This document shows positions 19,996-30,267 of a stretch of DNA of 64,000 bases, piece by piece. Position numbers and translations under genes: made by a program. Each line of letters begins with the position of its first letter. The first letter of the stretch is position 1. The stretch covers positions 5,152,001 through 5,216,000 of the forward strand of contig OZ220733.1 of assembly GCA_965116875.1 (NCBI GenBank). Reading direction: 5' to 3'. This DNA comes from Candidatus Latescibacterota bacterium. GTDB taxonomy: Bacteria; Latescibacterota; UBA2968; GCA-2709665. A model generated the notes under the pieces. It did no database searches, was not told the origin of the DNA, and saw only the letters and a list, made by a program, of their open reading frames with translations.

Positions 19996-21909
19996 GTGAA
20001 TCGGATCGTTGCTGCGTTCTGGCTTGTCCTCGTTGCCCATCTCGCAGTCGCACAACCTGCCAATGCGCAGATCGGCCGCGGAGAAATCGAAACCCGGTTT
20101 CAAAAAGCCCTCGGCGACTACATCGACGGCAACTATCGGGCGGCGGAAAGGGCCTTCCGGGCGCTGACCGAAGCCGAACCCACGCACCGGCGTTCGTCGG
20201 CCTCCCGGCTGATGCTGGCCAAATCGCTCTACAAACTCGAGAAATACGAACTTGCGCTCGTAACGGCAACAGGAATCTACGACGCCTTCCCTCGCAGCCG
20301 GTATCTTCCCGAAGCCGACCTGATCGCCGGCGACTGCGAGTTTCAGCAGGGACGGGTCTACGTCGCCGCGTCCCGGTACGCGCGCGTGGTGTCCGGAAAG
20401 GGAGACCTCCGTCTGAAGGCCAGAGCGGCGGATCGGCTGGGACAACTTGCGGGAGCGGGGAGAATCACCGATGGCGACGTCGCGCGTCTGCGGGACGACT
20501 TCGGACAGGGCATCGTCGCGGAGGCCGTGGCGTTCGGCCGCGCCCGGTGGCCGTCGAGACTTGCCCGGACCGAACCGTCCGAACGGGAAATGGCGGGATT
20601 CCTGGGTCGGTATCCGAATGGCACATTCGCCGCGCTGGCACGTGAAAAACGCTCTGCGCCGGAACGCATTCAGCCCTCCGAAGCCGGTACGCCGCCCACA
20701 CAAGCCGCCGAAGAACCCGAAGAACCGGCCGACGCGCGCTTCACGATCGGCGTGATCGCGCCCCTCGCAAGCCCGCCTGGAAAGGACATGGTTGACGGCG
20801 TCCTGGTGGCTCGGGAACTGCATCAGCTCAAATCGGGAGAGCGGGTCGCGCTGGTCTTTAAAGACTCGGAAGGCAGGCCGGTACGCGCAATCAAGGCGGC
20901 TCAGAGTCTGGTGGAAGATCACGGTGTGATTGCCATTATCGGCGCCCTGACCAGCGCTGAAACCCTTCCCATCGCTGCACTGGCCGGCTCCTACGAAGTC
21001 CCGCTGATCGCGCCCACAGCCTCGGAAGACGGCCTGGCGACCCTGAGTCCCTACGTTTTTCAGGTCAATGCCACGCCTGGCGCGCAGGGCCGCCGGATTG
21101 CGGACTACGCGGTTCGGGAAACGGGGCTGCGCACGCTGGCGACGTTCGCGTCGCGGGACCCCTACGGGGAACAGATCGCCAATGAGTTCACGGCCCGTGC
21201 GGAAGAGTCGGGTTCGGAAGTCATCGTACAGACTTGGTACGAACCCGGAACGACCGACTACCGGGGTCAGCTGGAGCGCATCAGGGACGCCGGACTGGCG
21301 CTCCACCCGCCCGAATTTCTGGCGGACGAAATAGACTCGCTGATTCTTGGGAGCATTCGGCTCGCGCCGCCGCCGCCGGTCGAAGTGGATCCCGATACGG
21401 TGCAGCCGGCGCCGGTGCATACGCTGGATGGCCTGCTCATTGCCGGGGGCAAGGACGACGTCCTGCTGATCGCGCCGCAGATCGCCTTCCACCGCATCCA
21501 CTCGCGAATGCTGGGCAGCGACGGCTGGAATCACCACGAAGTCGCGCGAGACTCCTATACCGACGGCGCGGTCTTCGTCGCAAAGTACTCCACACGCAGC
21601 GATCTGGTTTCCGTGCATGAGTTCCTCGGCGCCTTCAGGCAACGGTTCAATCGCGACCAGACCATTGCGGCTGCACTGGGATTCGACGCCATGACGGCAG
21701 TCCTGACCGCAATCGAGAAAGGCGGCACGACGCCGGTGCGACTTCAGCACGCGTTGGAGAACCTCGGCGAAATTCCGGGCGCCACCGGGAAGATTTCCTT
21801 CAGCCGCGGCAATCGGGAAAACGCCTGGATGTACCTTCTGACCATAAGCGACGGAAAGATTCAGCTTCTCTCTACCGGCCGCGCGGACAATGCCGCGTCC
21901 GAACCCTGA
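19996..21909 (+). CDS. TPR plus periplasmic-binding-fold protein (LpoA/LppC-like or BCAA-binding-like)
   Basis: Signal peptide, TPR-like helices, then IGVIAPL, AIIGALTS, PLIAPTAS, AALGFDA, GATGKISF; GTG start at 19996. Confidence 0.7.
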   Translation: MNRIVAAFWLVLVAHLAVAQPANAQIGRGEIETRFQKALGDYIDGNYRAAERAFRALTEAEPTHRRSSASRLMLAKSLYKLEKYELALVTATGIYDAFPRSRYLPEADLIAGDCEFQQGRVYVAASRYARVVSGKGDLRLKARAADRLGQLAGAGRITDGDVARLRDDFGQGIVAEAVAFGRARWPSRLARTEPSEREMAGFLGRYPNGTFAALAREKRSAPERIQPSEAGTPPTQAAEEPEEPADARFTIGVIAPLASPPGKDMVDGVLVARELHQLKSGERVALVFKDSEGRPVRAIKAAQSLVEDHGVIAIIGALTSAETLPIAALAGSYEVPLIAPTASEDGLATLSPYVFQVNATPGAQGRRIADYAVRETGLRTLATFASRDPYGEQIANEFTARAEESGSEVIVQTWYEPGTTDYRGQLERIRDAGLALHPPEFLADEIDSLILGSIRLAPPPPVEVDPDTVQPAPVHTLDGLLIAGGKDDVLLIAPQIAFHRIHSRMLGSDGWNHHEVARDSYTDGAVFVAKYSTRSDLVSVHEFLGAFRQRFNRDQTIAAALGFDAMTAVLTAIEKGGTTPVRLQHALENLGEIPGATGKISFSRGNRENAWMYLLTISDGKIQLLSTGRADNAASEP

Positions 21910-22072
21910 TCACCTCCACTCGACCTCTTCTCTTCGCATCACGAGCGCTACCCACTGGCATTTCAATTGCAATGGATTCGACAAGCGACCGCCAGACGCA
22001 TCGTCTGCGGCAGATTCATCGCTTGTTAACAAGAACTTGCGTCCAATTGCAACGTCAGGGGGACAGCCTGTG

Positions 22073-23884
22073 ATGCGCGATTTTTTTCAATCCGCCAATC
22101 GTAGAGCGAAAGTGACTTTCATCGCTCTGCTCCCGAATCTACTTTCCGGTCTCGCGTCTCATGCGCAGGTATCCCTGAATCCTGAAGCCGCGGAAACGTA
22201 CCTGGCCGTTCTGAGGGACCTGGACGGACAGGTCATCAACGTCAACAGGGCCGGCGCCGAGGACCTGCAGGTATTGCCCTGGTTTTCGCCGGAGATGGCG
22301 CGGCAGGTCATCGCCCATCGAAAACGGTACGGTCCCTTCCAGCGTCTGGGCGATCTTCGCAGGGTTCCCGGCGTCACCTCCGAGGTCCTCGCAGCCGTGC
22401 GGCCCTATCTCACGGTATCGTCGCGGCGGGATCCACGCGTCCGAACGTCGGTAAGGATCACCCGCCCGTCGAGTCATCCTGACGCCTGGTCCAACCTGCG
22501 GCTCTACCAGCGAACCGTGATCGGAGTACGGGGCGTGGAAGGCGTCTTCCTCACGGAACGCGACCCCCTGGAAGTACGGCTTGCGGACTTCCTCACCGGA
22601 TACGTGCGCGTCGCGGCCGTGCCGGGCTTGCGGCGCCTGCTCGCGGGCGATTTCCGACCCGGTTACGGACAGGGCCTGCTTTTCAGCCGCCACACCCGAT
22701 CCGCGACAGGCCTCGAGTGGGCAAGGCCGGCCAGCGTTCGAACCGTGGGCAATCGCTCCGCGATCGAAGACGGCGCGCTCCGCGGCCTGTTTGCCGAAGG
22801 CCGGTCCGGCCGGGTCACGTGGACGGTCATGGGTGCGCGAAACCGATGGGATGCCGCCATAGACAGCGCGGGCGTTGCCGAGTTACGTACCGCCGACCTG
22901 CACGTCACGCAAACCCAGCGGGAACGCAGAGGCAGGCTGCGGGAACACCTGGCGGCGATTCGATCCCGAGTCGAAGTGCCGGGCGGCAGTATCGGGGCCA
23001 CTTTCGTCCGGACCACGTTTACTCCTTCGTTGCAAGACGTACACCGCCTGCATTCTTCCGGTATGGACTGGAACCTGCGCGTGAGGCAGATGAACGTCTT
23101 CGGCGAAGTCGCCGCAACCGGAGCAAAGGCCGTTGCCTGGCTGACGGGCGCACGTACGGGAATGGATCGCCTCAAGCTGGTGGTACTTGCCCGCAGGTAC
23201 GCATCCGAGTTTTCCAGCCTGCACGGCGGCCCGTTCTCCGCGTACGGCGGCAGGAACGAGTGGGGTCTGTTCACCGGCGCCGTGTGGCGGCCGGGCAGGA
23301 AAACACGGTTTCAGGCCACGCTCGACAGGCACGGCCGCATCGCGCCCGAAGGCAGACACACACTGCCCGCCCGGGGAGAGCGTTTCGGCCTGGAAATGAG
23401 GCGTCGTCTCGGCGGCGCCAGGATGCGGCTTACGCTGGGTACGCGGAGGCAGACGATCACGACTTCGGGTATCAAAGGAATGCGACACCAGAAACGCGCG
23501 CGCCTTCGTCTGACCGTACCCCGGTCGGCTGCACGCCTCAATCTGTGGCTGGAAGGCGCAGGCGCCCGCTCCCCCATCCGAACGAGCGACGGCCGCGCCG
23601 CGGGTCTGGATCTCCGCGTCCAGCGCGGGACAGGACTGAGGGTCGACACCTGGCTGGCCCTTTTCGACGTGACCCACTTCGACTCCCGGATCTATACGTT
23701 TGAACCCGACGTCTGGGGTGGCAGCCGCATGCAACTCCTGACCGGAAGAGGCCGTACGGCGGGAATCCGGATCATCTGCAAGGGTTCGCGCATCCGCGTT
23801 TCCGTACGATACGCGATCAAGAAGACCGGAGACGGTACATCGAGCACCTGGGCGGCGCAGATCGAACTCGGTACGAGGAAGTAA
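22073..23884 (+). CDS. ComEA-type helix-hairpin-helix protein with a C-terminal beta-rich (outer-membrane-like) region
   Basis: INVNRAGAEDLQVLP...GPFQRLGDLRRVPGV; GDFRPGYGQGL; SRIYTFEPDV. Confidence 0.75.
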   Translation: MRDFFQSANRRAKVTFIALLPNLLSGLASHAQVSLNPEAAETYLAVLRDLDGQVINVNRAGAEDLQVLPWFSPEMARQVIAHRKRYGPFQRLGDLRRVPGVTSEVLAAVRPYLTVSSRRDPRVRTSVRITRPSSHPDAWSNLRLYQRTVIGVRGVEGVFLTERDPLEVRLADFLTGYVRVAAVPGLRRLLAGDFRPGYGQGLLFSRHTRSATGLEWARPASVRTVGNRSAIEDGALRGLFAEGRSGRVTWTVMGARNRWDAAIDSAGVAELRTADLHVTQTQRERRGRLREHLAAIRSRVEVPGGSIGATFVRTTFTPSLQDVHRLHSSGMDWNLRVRQMNVFGEVAATGAKAVAWLTGARTGMDRLKLVVLARRYASEFSSLHGGPFSAYGGRNEWGLFTGAVWRPGRKTRFQATLDRHGRIAPEGRHTLPARGERFGLEMRRRLGGARMRLTLGTRRQTITTSGIKGMRHQKRARLRLTVPRSAARLNLWLEGAGARSPIRTSDGRAAGLDLRVQRGTGLRVDTWLALFDVTHFDSRIYTFEPDVWGGSRMQLLTGRGRTAGIRIICKGSRIRVSVRYAIKKTGDGTSSTWAAQIELGTRK

Positions 23885-24072
23885 CACTCACGGCAGAAAG
23901 GCGTATCCAATCAGGCGGACGGGTGGCATTTTTCCCTTTCTGGTGTCCTTCTGATTGAGTATTTTGGCCACCGGGCGGTAACGTCAGGCACGCACTTCGC
24001 AAGTACAATTGCCGGCAGCGAAACCTTCCGCTCGCCGGCAATTTCACGTTATTCAAAACGGCTGATCGGCAC

Positions 24073-25113
24073 ATGGTGAAATACTTCACAATACGATCCC
24101 GGATTTCCCCGATCGCGCTGTGCGGCATGTTGCTGGCCGGCTGCGGCCCGCGGCTTCCCGAATCCGTGGGACCCGCACAGGAGATACTGGTCCTGATCGA
24201 TCCGTCCGCCCGGGAGCGGCTGGAACCGCATTTGAAAGAGGTCTTCGAAAAGATCCTCTATACACCTCAGGAAGAGAAGGTCTTCCGGCTGCAGTTCGAA
24301 GACGTGGCCGATTTTGACAGGTACGAGAACAAGAGGCGCAAGAATATTCTGGTGATCGCCGAACTCGACGCACCGAATCCCACCGCGGACTTCCTGAGGA
24401 ACATCCTCAGCCCCGACGTGCAAGACGCCGTGCGGATGAAACGGTCCGGCGTATTCTGGAAGGAAGACGTCTGGGCAAAAGAGCAGCTTCTCATGGCGGT
24501 GACGGGAGCGGACAGCACCGCGCTGGTGGACAACCTCCGGATGGAAGCGGATCGGCTCTACCGGCGGATCGAAGACGCACGTAACGAACGGATCCGGCGG
24601 TTGATTTATCGGTACGGCGAACGGAAGGACGTCACCGAACGGCTCGGAAGGGAATTCGGCTGGCAGGTGCGCGTGGCTTTCGGATACCGCATCCTCGAGG
24701 CCTATCCCGACAGCGGATTCGTGGTCTTGACGAAGGAGGAACCCAACCGGTGGCTGTTCGTCTATTGGGAGGACGGCATCTCCCCCGACGAACTCTCGGA
24801 GGAGTGGTGCATCCGAAAACGCGACGATATTACGCGGAGATTTTTCGATCGGGACCGGATTGTACAGGACCACCTGGAAATCGGCCAGGCTGAGTTCGCC
24901 GGAAGGCTGGCGTTCGTCCTGCAGGGACTCTGGGAAAACAAGAAAAAATGGGCCGGGGGCCCATTCAGGAGTTACGCGTTCGTGGACGTGGAAACCGATC
25001 GGTTCTTCTACATCGACTGCGGGGTGTATTCACCGAACAAACGCAAAGAACCCTATCTTCGCCAGATCGATCTGATGGCAAGGTCCTTTACACAGGTGGA
25101 ATCGACACCCTGA
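24073..25113 (+). CDS. DUF4837-like lipoprotein
   Basis: Lipobox LAGC, TPQEE, DVWAKEQ, GLWEN...GGPFRSY, YSPNKRK. Confidence 0.7.
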   Translation: MVKYFTIRSRISPIALCGMLLAGCGPRLPESVGPAQEILVLIDPSARERLEPHLKEVFEKILYTPQEEKVFRLQFEDVADFDRYENKRRKNILVIAELDAPNPTADFLRNILSPDVQDAVRMKRSGVFWKEDVWAKEQLLMAVTGADSTALVDNLRMEADRLYRRIEDARNERIRRLIYRYGERKDVTERLGREFGWQVRVAFGYRILEAYPDSGFVVLTKEEPNRWLFVYWEDGISPDELSEEWCIRKRDDITRRFFDRDRIVQDHLEIGQAEFAGRLAFVLQGLWENKKKWAGGPFRSYAFVDVETDRFFYIDCGVYSPNKRKEPYLRQIDLMARSFTQVESTP

Positions 25114-25116
25114 ACC

Positions 25117-25145
25117 TTGCTTTTCATTCGTGAAGACGGTATAAT
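25117..25145 (+). promoter_or_regulatory. Sigma70-type promoter
   Basis: TTGCTT-N17-TATAAT. Confidence 0.55.
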
Positions 25146-25198
25146 TCGAAACGCTGATCGACCCTGAACCGGTACGGCGCCCGCGGAGCGGAAGATCG

Positions 25199-25909
25199 AT
25201 GCAAGAGCAGAATCGTATTTCGAGTCTGGGCAAACGAGCACGGATGAGCTTTCGCGGCACCCTTATTGCCGGGATCGCGTTTCTGGTGCCGGTTGTGGTT
25301 ACGTTTATCGTTCTTCAGATCATCTTTGAGTGGATCGACGGCCTGGCTCAGCCGCTGGCGAAGCGCATTTTTCAGATCGAGGACGACGTCTTCGGGCTGG
25401 GGTTGGTCCTGACGCTTGTTCTGATCTGGCTGGCAGGCCTGCTGGCCGGCAACGTATTCGGCAAACGCCTCATTGGCAAAGGCGACGGCCTGATAAAGCG
25501 CCTTCCGGTTATCGGCGCCATTTACGGCCCGCTAAAACAGTTCATGGAATCGGTCGTCTCACCGGACGAGAACAGGGGCTTCAACCGGGTGGTTATCGCC
25601 GAATACCCATCCGACGGGCTCTGGATCCTGGGTTTTGCAACGGGCGATATTCCAATGGATGAGGAAGGTAAGACCGGTTGCTGCGTGTTCATTCCGACCT
25701 CACCCAATCCGGCCACGGGCTGGACGGTTGTGTTCCCGCCCGAGAAGGTGCGTAAAGTCTCACTTACCGTGGAAGAGGCCATGCAGATGATCGTATCGGC
25801 CGGGGTCGTCATTCCGGATTCGCTGAAATCTTCGCCCACGGACAGTCTGGCAGGACCCCCTCCGGGCCTGCCGCGAATGACCGGACAATCCGACGCTTCA
25901 CGCACCTGA
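25199..25909 (+). CDS. DUF502 family membrane protein
   Basis: RLPVIGAIY, EYP..G.W.LGF, VFIPTSPNPATG. Confidence 0.88.
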   Translation: MQEQNRISSLGKRARMSFRGTLIAGIAFLVPVVVTFIVLQIIFEWIDGLAQPLAKRIFQIEDDVFGLGLVLTLVLIWLAGLLAGNVFGKRLIGKGDGLIKRLPVIGAIYGPLKQFMESVVSPDENRGFNRVVIAEYPSDGLWILGFATGDIPMDEEGKTGCCVFIPTSPNPATGWTVVFPPEKVRKVSLTVEEAMQMIVSAGVVIPDSLKSSPTDSLAGPPPGLPRMTGQSDASRT

Positions 25910-25937
25910 GAAACGGAAGCAGACGCGCCGGGATACG

Positions 25938-26342
25938 TCAGGTTTCGAAATCGTCAACGCCCTCAAATTCCTCCATGCCGGCCACGTCTTCCCGGACCAG
26001 CGCCAGTATGGAGTTGTGCGGGATTATCAGGTATTTCTCACCCTCGAACTTGATCTCCATCGCCATCTTTTTCATGAACAGGGCATAGTCGCCAACCTGG
26101 GCCTGCATCGGCAGGTACTTGGGTTCGTCCGGTACGCTTCGCCAGGGTTCGTCGTCCACGTCGTGGGTCTGCGGCAGCGGCATCCCCGGACCCGTCAGCA
26201 TAATCCGGCCGCCCTGTACCTCTTCCTTTTCAACGACCGTCTGCGGCAGGTACAGGCCCACCTCGGTGCGTTCCTGGAGTTCCTCCTGCTTGACCAGGAC
26301 CCGGTCCCCCACGATAATCAGTTCCTTGTTTCCCATCTTCAT
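25938..26342 (-). CDS. GroES/Cpn10 family protein (orphan)
   Basis: GDRVLVK...GLYLP...GPG...QVGD...EGEKYLII...ILA. Confidence 0.8.
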   Translation of the reverse strand: MKMGNKELIIVGDRVLVKQEELQERTEVGLYLPQTVVEKEEVQGGRIMLTGPGMPLPQTHDVDDEPWRSVPDEPKYLPMQAQVGDYALFMKKMAMEIKFEGEKYLIIPHNSILALVREDVAGMEEFEGVDDFET

Positions 26343-26375
26343 AGGACAATCCTCTTGGATTCGTTACCATATGAG

Positions 26376-26461
26376 TGCCGGAGGCCGGACTCGAACCGGC
26401 ACGGGCGTATCGGCCCGGGGGATTTTAAGTCCCCTATGTCTACCAATTCCATCACTCCGGC
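26376..26461 (-). tRNA. tRNA-Leu(TAA)
   Basis: GCCGGAG acceptor stem, GGAATTGGTAGAC D-arm, GGGGAC-TTAAAA-TCCCC anticodon arm, long variable arm, GGTTCGAGTCC; no encoded CCA. Confidence 0.95.
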
Positions 26462-26471
26462 ACCGGATTCG

Positions 26472-26500
26472 AAAATAGCCAACCGCCGGAACATTGTCAA
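26472..26500 (-). promoter_or_regulatory. Promoter of tRNA-Leu
   Basis: TTGACA-N17-TATTTT. Confidence 0.65.
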
Positions 26501-26578
26501 GCGGGATTATGCGTTTCTCCTACTTCCAAAAAAACAACGACTAATCTCAATAAGACAGTCGCTTGTGCATCCGTTTAA

Positions 26579-26653
26579 TGGAGGCGGCGGGCGGATTCGA
26601 ACCGCCGAATAGGGGCTTTGCAGGCCCTTGCCTTACCACTTGGCCACGCCGCC
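26579..26653 (-). tRNA. tRNA-Cys(GCA)
   Basis: GGCGGCG acceptor stem, AAGTGGTAAGGC, GGGC-CTGCAAA-GCCC, GGTTCGAATCC, encoded CCA. Confidence 0.95.
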
Positions 26654-26668
26654 TCGCCTTATGTACTG

Positions 26669-26697
26669 AAAATACAATACCCACGCGCCATTGTCAA
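26669..26697 (-). promoter_or_regulatory. Promoter of tRNA-Cys
   Basis: TTGACA-N17-TATTTT. Confidence 0.65.
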
Positions 26698-26732
26698 GCC
26701 TCTCGCACGGAACGGGTGGGACTCCGGTCCCG

Positions 26733-27377
26733 TTACCGGCTTGCCCAGAGCATCCCGCGCCTTTGAATCTCACGCGCCTCCGGCACGTCGAAGTCGCGCG
26801 CCACGTGCCCCAGCGATGAGTAGAACACCCGTCCCCCGCCCCACATCCGCTTCCAGACCACCGGCATCACGCAACCGTTCACCCACGGCGCAACGGTCGT
26901 CCTGAAAGTGGTGGTGGCCAGCACGCGGTTGGATGGATCCACGTGCATGTAGTACTGCTCCGAATGCATCCTGAAGTCCTGAATCCCGCGGGTAACCGGG
27001 TCGTTATGGTCCACGATATTCACCTCGTAGTCGATAACGCCGCCGGGGTGCGCCACCCACTGTCCTCCGACCATAAACTGGTATTCCGTGTGGTTCCGGA
27101 ACGCATCGGCCATGCCGCCGTGCCAGCCGGCTATACCCACGCCACTCCTGACGGCTTCCAGGAGACCCTTCTCCTGTTCGCGTTCGATGGTTCCCATCGT
27201 CCAGATTGGAACGACCAGACTCAATTCCGCCATCCGGTGGGCATCCAGATACACATCCATCGTATCCGAAAGCGTAACGTCGAAACCCGCTTCGCCAAGG
27301 ATCGGAGCGAAGATATCCACGCACTGCCTGGGCTCGTGCCCCTCCCAGCCGCCATACACGATCAACGCTTTCTTCAT
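26733..27377 (-). CDS. ThuA-like (class I glutamine amidotransferase-like) domain protein
   Basis: [43 protein letters not shown]. Confidence 0.88.
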   Translation of the reverse strand: MKKALIVYGGWEGHEPRQCVDIFAPILGEAGFDVTLSDTMDVYLDAHRMAELSLVVPIWTMGTIEREQEKGLLEAVRSGVGIAGWHGGMADAFRNHTEYQFMVGGQWVAHPGGVIDYEVNIVDHNDPVTRGIQDFRMHSEQYYMHVDPSNRVLATTTFRTTVAPWVNGCVMPVVWKRMWGGGRVFYSSLGHVARDFDVPEAREIQRRGMLWASR

Positions 27378-27405
27378 AGCCCGCCTCTCTTTGAAGCTTT
27401 GTCGT

Positions 27406-27739
27406 TAACCTCGATTGGCAACTCTTCGTGAACGTTAGTTCGAATGTGTGCCAGTAGGCGATTGGACGGCGGATTACCAGGATCCACCAGATCACGGAAC
27501 GTGAACGGAACCTCTCGCCCGGTCCCCCAGAAGCGGGTAGACGGGAGAAGGGAGAGGGGAGAGATTACCTGCCTTGTGAGGATTCTCTTCGCGCCGAAGG
27601 CAAGGCGGGAAAACATCCTGGGCGAGGATTTCTTCTACCGTCTCACCTCTTCCGTCTCCCCGCATTTCATCTACCGTCTCCCCGCATTCAGGCTCTTTGT
27701 GGCCAATTTGACCGATGTCTTTTTTTCAATTGAGGTTGA
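27406..27739 (-). mobile_element. MITE-like element copy A3
   Basis: Ends TAACCTCGATT / AATTGAGGTTG; colinear with the 8.8 kb copy on the opposite strand. Confidence 0.8.
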
Positions 27740-27812
27740 TCCTACACGATTCTTCAGGACGAATGCCTCAGCGGGTATGGACGCCGCGGCGTTGATCGGC
27801 TACCTCTTCCGA

Positions 27813-29045
27813 TCAGGACCAGCCGCGTACCATGTAGGCCTGCAGAACGCCGCTTTCATCGGAATTGAAGAAACCGGAGAATCCGTCCGGCGACAGAAAC
27901 GGATGGATATGTGACTCCTTTTGCCATGAGGAACCGGGGCTCGCGATTCTTCTTGCATTCGACAACGCGCCATCCGCCGCGCCCGGAAGATCGAACAGCC
28001 AGACCGCGCCACCCCCGTCCCTGGGGCCCGCATCCGTAATCAGGCGGCGTCCGGAATCGTCCGTGGCGAAATGGTAGAAGTCCGGTTCGTTGAATGATCG
28101 GGACAGATCCCTCCTCCATCCCCCGGGCGTCCCGTTGCCGGAATGGTCCGCGTGCGCGGTTGCACGGCCGGAAATGAGCTGCCTTTCATCCGGCTGACGC
28201 GTGGACGTGCTGGTGATCGCAATGTCGGACCGCCCCTGCCAGCACTGGTGCCCCTGGCAGAATTCGTTCCCGTCCCGCCCCCAGGGAAAGTCCCGGAGCG
28301 AGGTCCCGTCGTCCCGGATCAGATGGATATCCGCGCCCCGCCCGCCCGTGAGCTTCTGGATCCTGCCATCCGGGGACGCGACGTTGCCGTGGTTCTCCTG
28401 GATCATGATGTCGTGCGAGGCGTCCGCGTCGGTCTGCCGTGTGTACTGCGGGTGGACGTTGCACCAGGAGGGGCCGTGAAAGACCAGTCGAACGGATGGT
28501 TCGCCGATTTCGAAGACGAGCAGACCCCATGGCGCGCCTTCGGATCGGCCGTCGCCCAGGAATCCGGAGATCGCGATTCGCCTCCCGTCTGATGAGATGG
28601 TTGAGAGCGGATACGGACGGCTGAGCCGGAAATCCGTGCCCGGAACGGGATGATCCAGGACGTAGATCACTTCGCGTTCCGATCCGTCCAGTCTCACCCG
28701 CTTGAGCGTGAGCGGTTCCGGATCCATGGGGTCGGTTTCGTCGACGAAGTAGTAGAGCCAGTCGCCGTCGGGCGAGATGGAGGGCGCGGTTGTTCCCCGT
28801 TCCGTCGTCAGGGGCGCCAGGCGGCAGTGGTCCTCGAGGTCGCACACCAGATACCGGTGCTCCGGGTCTTTCGGATCGGAGCCATGGGGATGCGCGGATC
28901 GGTGGAGCACGAGACGCCGCGAATCGGGCGTGAATATCTGCGCTTCCATGTAAATGTGCGACGACGGAATCGACTCATCCGTGAGCTGAACGACCTCCAG
29001 ATTGTCCCTCTCGGACGCGGGAATAAGGTCCTGTCGGATTTTCAA
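27813..29045 (-). CDS. Oligogalacturonate lyase-like / TolB-like beta-propeller protein
   Basis: SHIYMEAQIFTPDS, SISPDG, HPQY, GHQCW, HIHPFLSPDG..FFNSDESG..QAY. Confidence 0.65.
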   Translation of the reverse strand: MKIRQDLIPASERDNLEVVQLTDESIPSSHIYMEAQIFTPDSRRLVLHRSAHPHGSDPKDPEHRYLVCDLEDHCRLAPLTTERGTTAPSISPDGDWLYYFVDETDPMDPEPLTLKRVRLDGSEREVIYVLDHPVPGTDFRLSRPYPLSTISSDGRRIAISGFLGDGRSEGAPWGLLVFEIGEPSVRLVFHGPSWCNVHPQYTRQTDADASHDIMIQENHGNVASPDGRIQKLTGGRGADIHLIRDDGTSLRDFPWGRDGNEFCQGHQCWQGRSDIAITSTSTRQPDERQLISGRATAHADHSGNGTPGGWRRDLSRSFNEPDFYHFATDDSGRRLITDAGPRDGGGAVWLFDLPGAADGALSNARRIASPGSSWQKESHIHPFLSPDGFSGFFNSDESGVLQAYMVRGWS

Positions 29046-29076
29046 AAATCTACCTCCGGATCGGGATTTACAGGAT

Positions 29077-29297
29077 TGACCTCAATTCAATAAAGACAGA
29101 CGATACATCTACCACAAAAAGCACAAAAGGCACAGAAGGTGTCGGTGCGAAAACGGGGTATCAAGGTCGCACAAATCAATGAAATTTCCCTTCACGTCCA
29201 GTGACCGCATGAATCCCGGACCTTTGACGTCAATTCGCCGCTGTTCTTCTGTATATCTTCGACATTCAGGCCCGTGGAAAACTACGAATCGAGGTTG
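29077..29297 (+). mobile_element. MITE-like element copy B1
   Basis: TGACCTCAATTC ... GAATCGAGGTTG; internal ACCACAAAAAGCACAAAAGGCACAGAAGGT identical to the 49.5 kb copy. Confidence 0.78.
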
Positions 29298-29309
29298 AAT
29301 GATGCTTGA

Positions 29310-29570
29310 TCATTCGTGTCTGGCGGCTCTTGCCCGGCGTACCGCTTCCCGTTCCTCGGATTTGGACGCAGAGGACCTGCCATCTGCAAGACAGCCGTAT
29401 AAGTCCTTGAGGGTTTCCGGCTGGGGTTTCACCAAAACGGCGCCGTCGGCCAATTCATAGATGAGCTGTTGCCGGGGCTTTGAGATGGAGCGCCCTGCGG
29501 ACTTCTGCCGGGATGGTGGTTTGCCATTTATCATTTAACGTTGACCTGATTACAGGGCTGTCATCAATTC
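29310..29570 (-). pseudogene. AbrB/MazE-type antitoxin, frameshifted
   Basis: One frame reads VIRSTLNDKWQTTIPAEVRRALHLK and continues in another frame as PRQQLIYELADGAVLVKP...LYGCL. Confidence 0.65.
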
Positions 29571-29679
29571 ATTTTCTCTGTGTCCGGTGCGGCCGGTTTA
29601 TGTAGCCGTTGTCCGTGCAATTGTCGGGATCAGGATCGAAAGGCGAACAACCGCCTGCGCGATGTGAGCATCCTCCAGC

Positions 29680-30267
29680 TCAATGATGACTTGATCTGAC
29701 CAGATCGTTAAACTGCAACGTACGTTTTGCCGGCGCGCTCAGTTTAAGCATACGCTCCGGTGCGTCGTGTTTCCCTGATGGCGGAGGGTTTCGTGTAGGC
29801 TTCTTGTCTATCCGGATGTTCTTGACGCTGACGAAACGCTGCTGGTAGTTCGTTTTTTTCAGGAATTTCGGTTCCTTCCAAAACTCCTGACCAATGGCGC
29901 GACAGTAGGCAACAAGGCATTGTGCTCCGCGCAACTGTTGCTCGATTTCAGTTGCCGAACCTGTATTGCCACTCTTCATCTCTATGATAACAATCCAATT
30001 TACCCTGTCGTCACGGGCGATAAGTATGAAATCGGCGCGCTTGCATTCTCCCCTGTTGTTTTTGAAAATATCTTTCGCAGGCGGAAATGCATCCGCTTTA
30101 AATGCGATAATTTCGTCTGGCGAGTTGCGAATCTTCAGAGAATATGGCGGCTGTCGTCGATCTCCAGGTTCCTGCAGCACAACTGTCTTTCTGTTGTATT
30201 CATACTCAACCAATGCCCTTGTCTCGTCGCGGATCAGATCTTGCAAGATTTCAAAGTCTGACATCAT
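29680..30267 (-). CDS. PD-(D/E)xK-fold putative nuclease, partner of the ATPase
   Basis: CKRADFILIA...IVIIEMKSG...EQQLRGA; ATGA overlap with the ATPase stop. Confidence 0.6.
   Translation of the reverse strand: MMSDFEILQDLIRDETRALVEYEYNRKTVVLQEPGDRRQPPYSLKIRNSPDEIIAFKADAFPPAKDIFKNNRGECKRADFILIARDDRVNWIVIIEMKSGNTGSATEIEQQLRGAQCLVAYCRAIGQEFWKEPKFLKKTNYQQRFVSVKNIRIDKKPTRNPPPSGKHDAPERMLKLSAPAKRTLQFNDLVRSSHH

Noticed and set aside
25938-26342. Orphan GroES as a novel system
   Set aside because: Stand-alone Cpn10 paralogues are common in FCB-group genomes, and nothing adjacent suggests a special role.
26376-29300. tRNA-anchored integrative element explaining the island
   Set aside because: The tRNAs are about 2.6 kb away behind backbone-like genes, their 3' ends point away from the island, and I found no integrase or duplicated tRNA 3' end.
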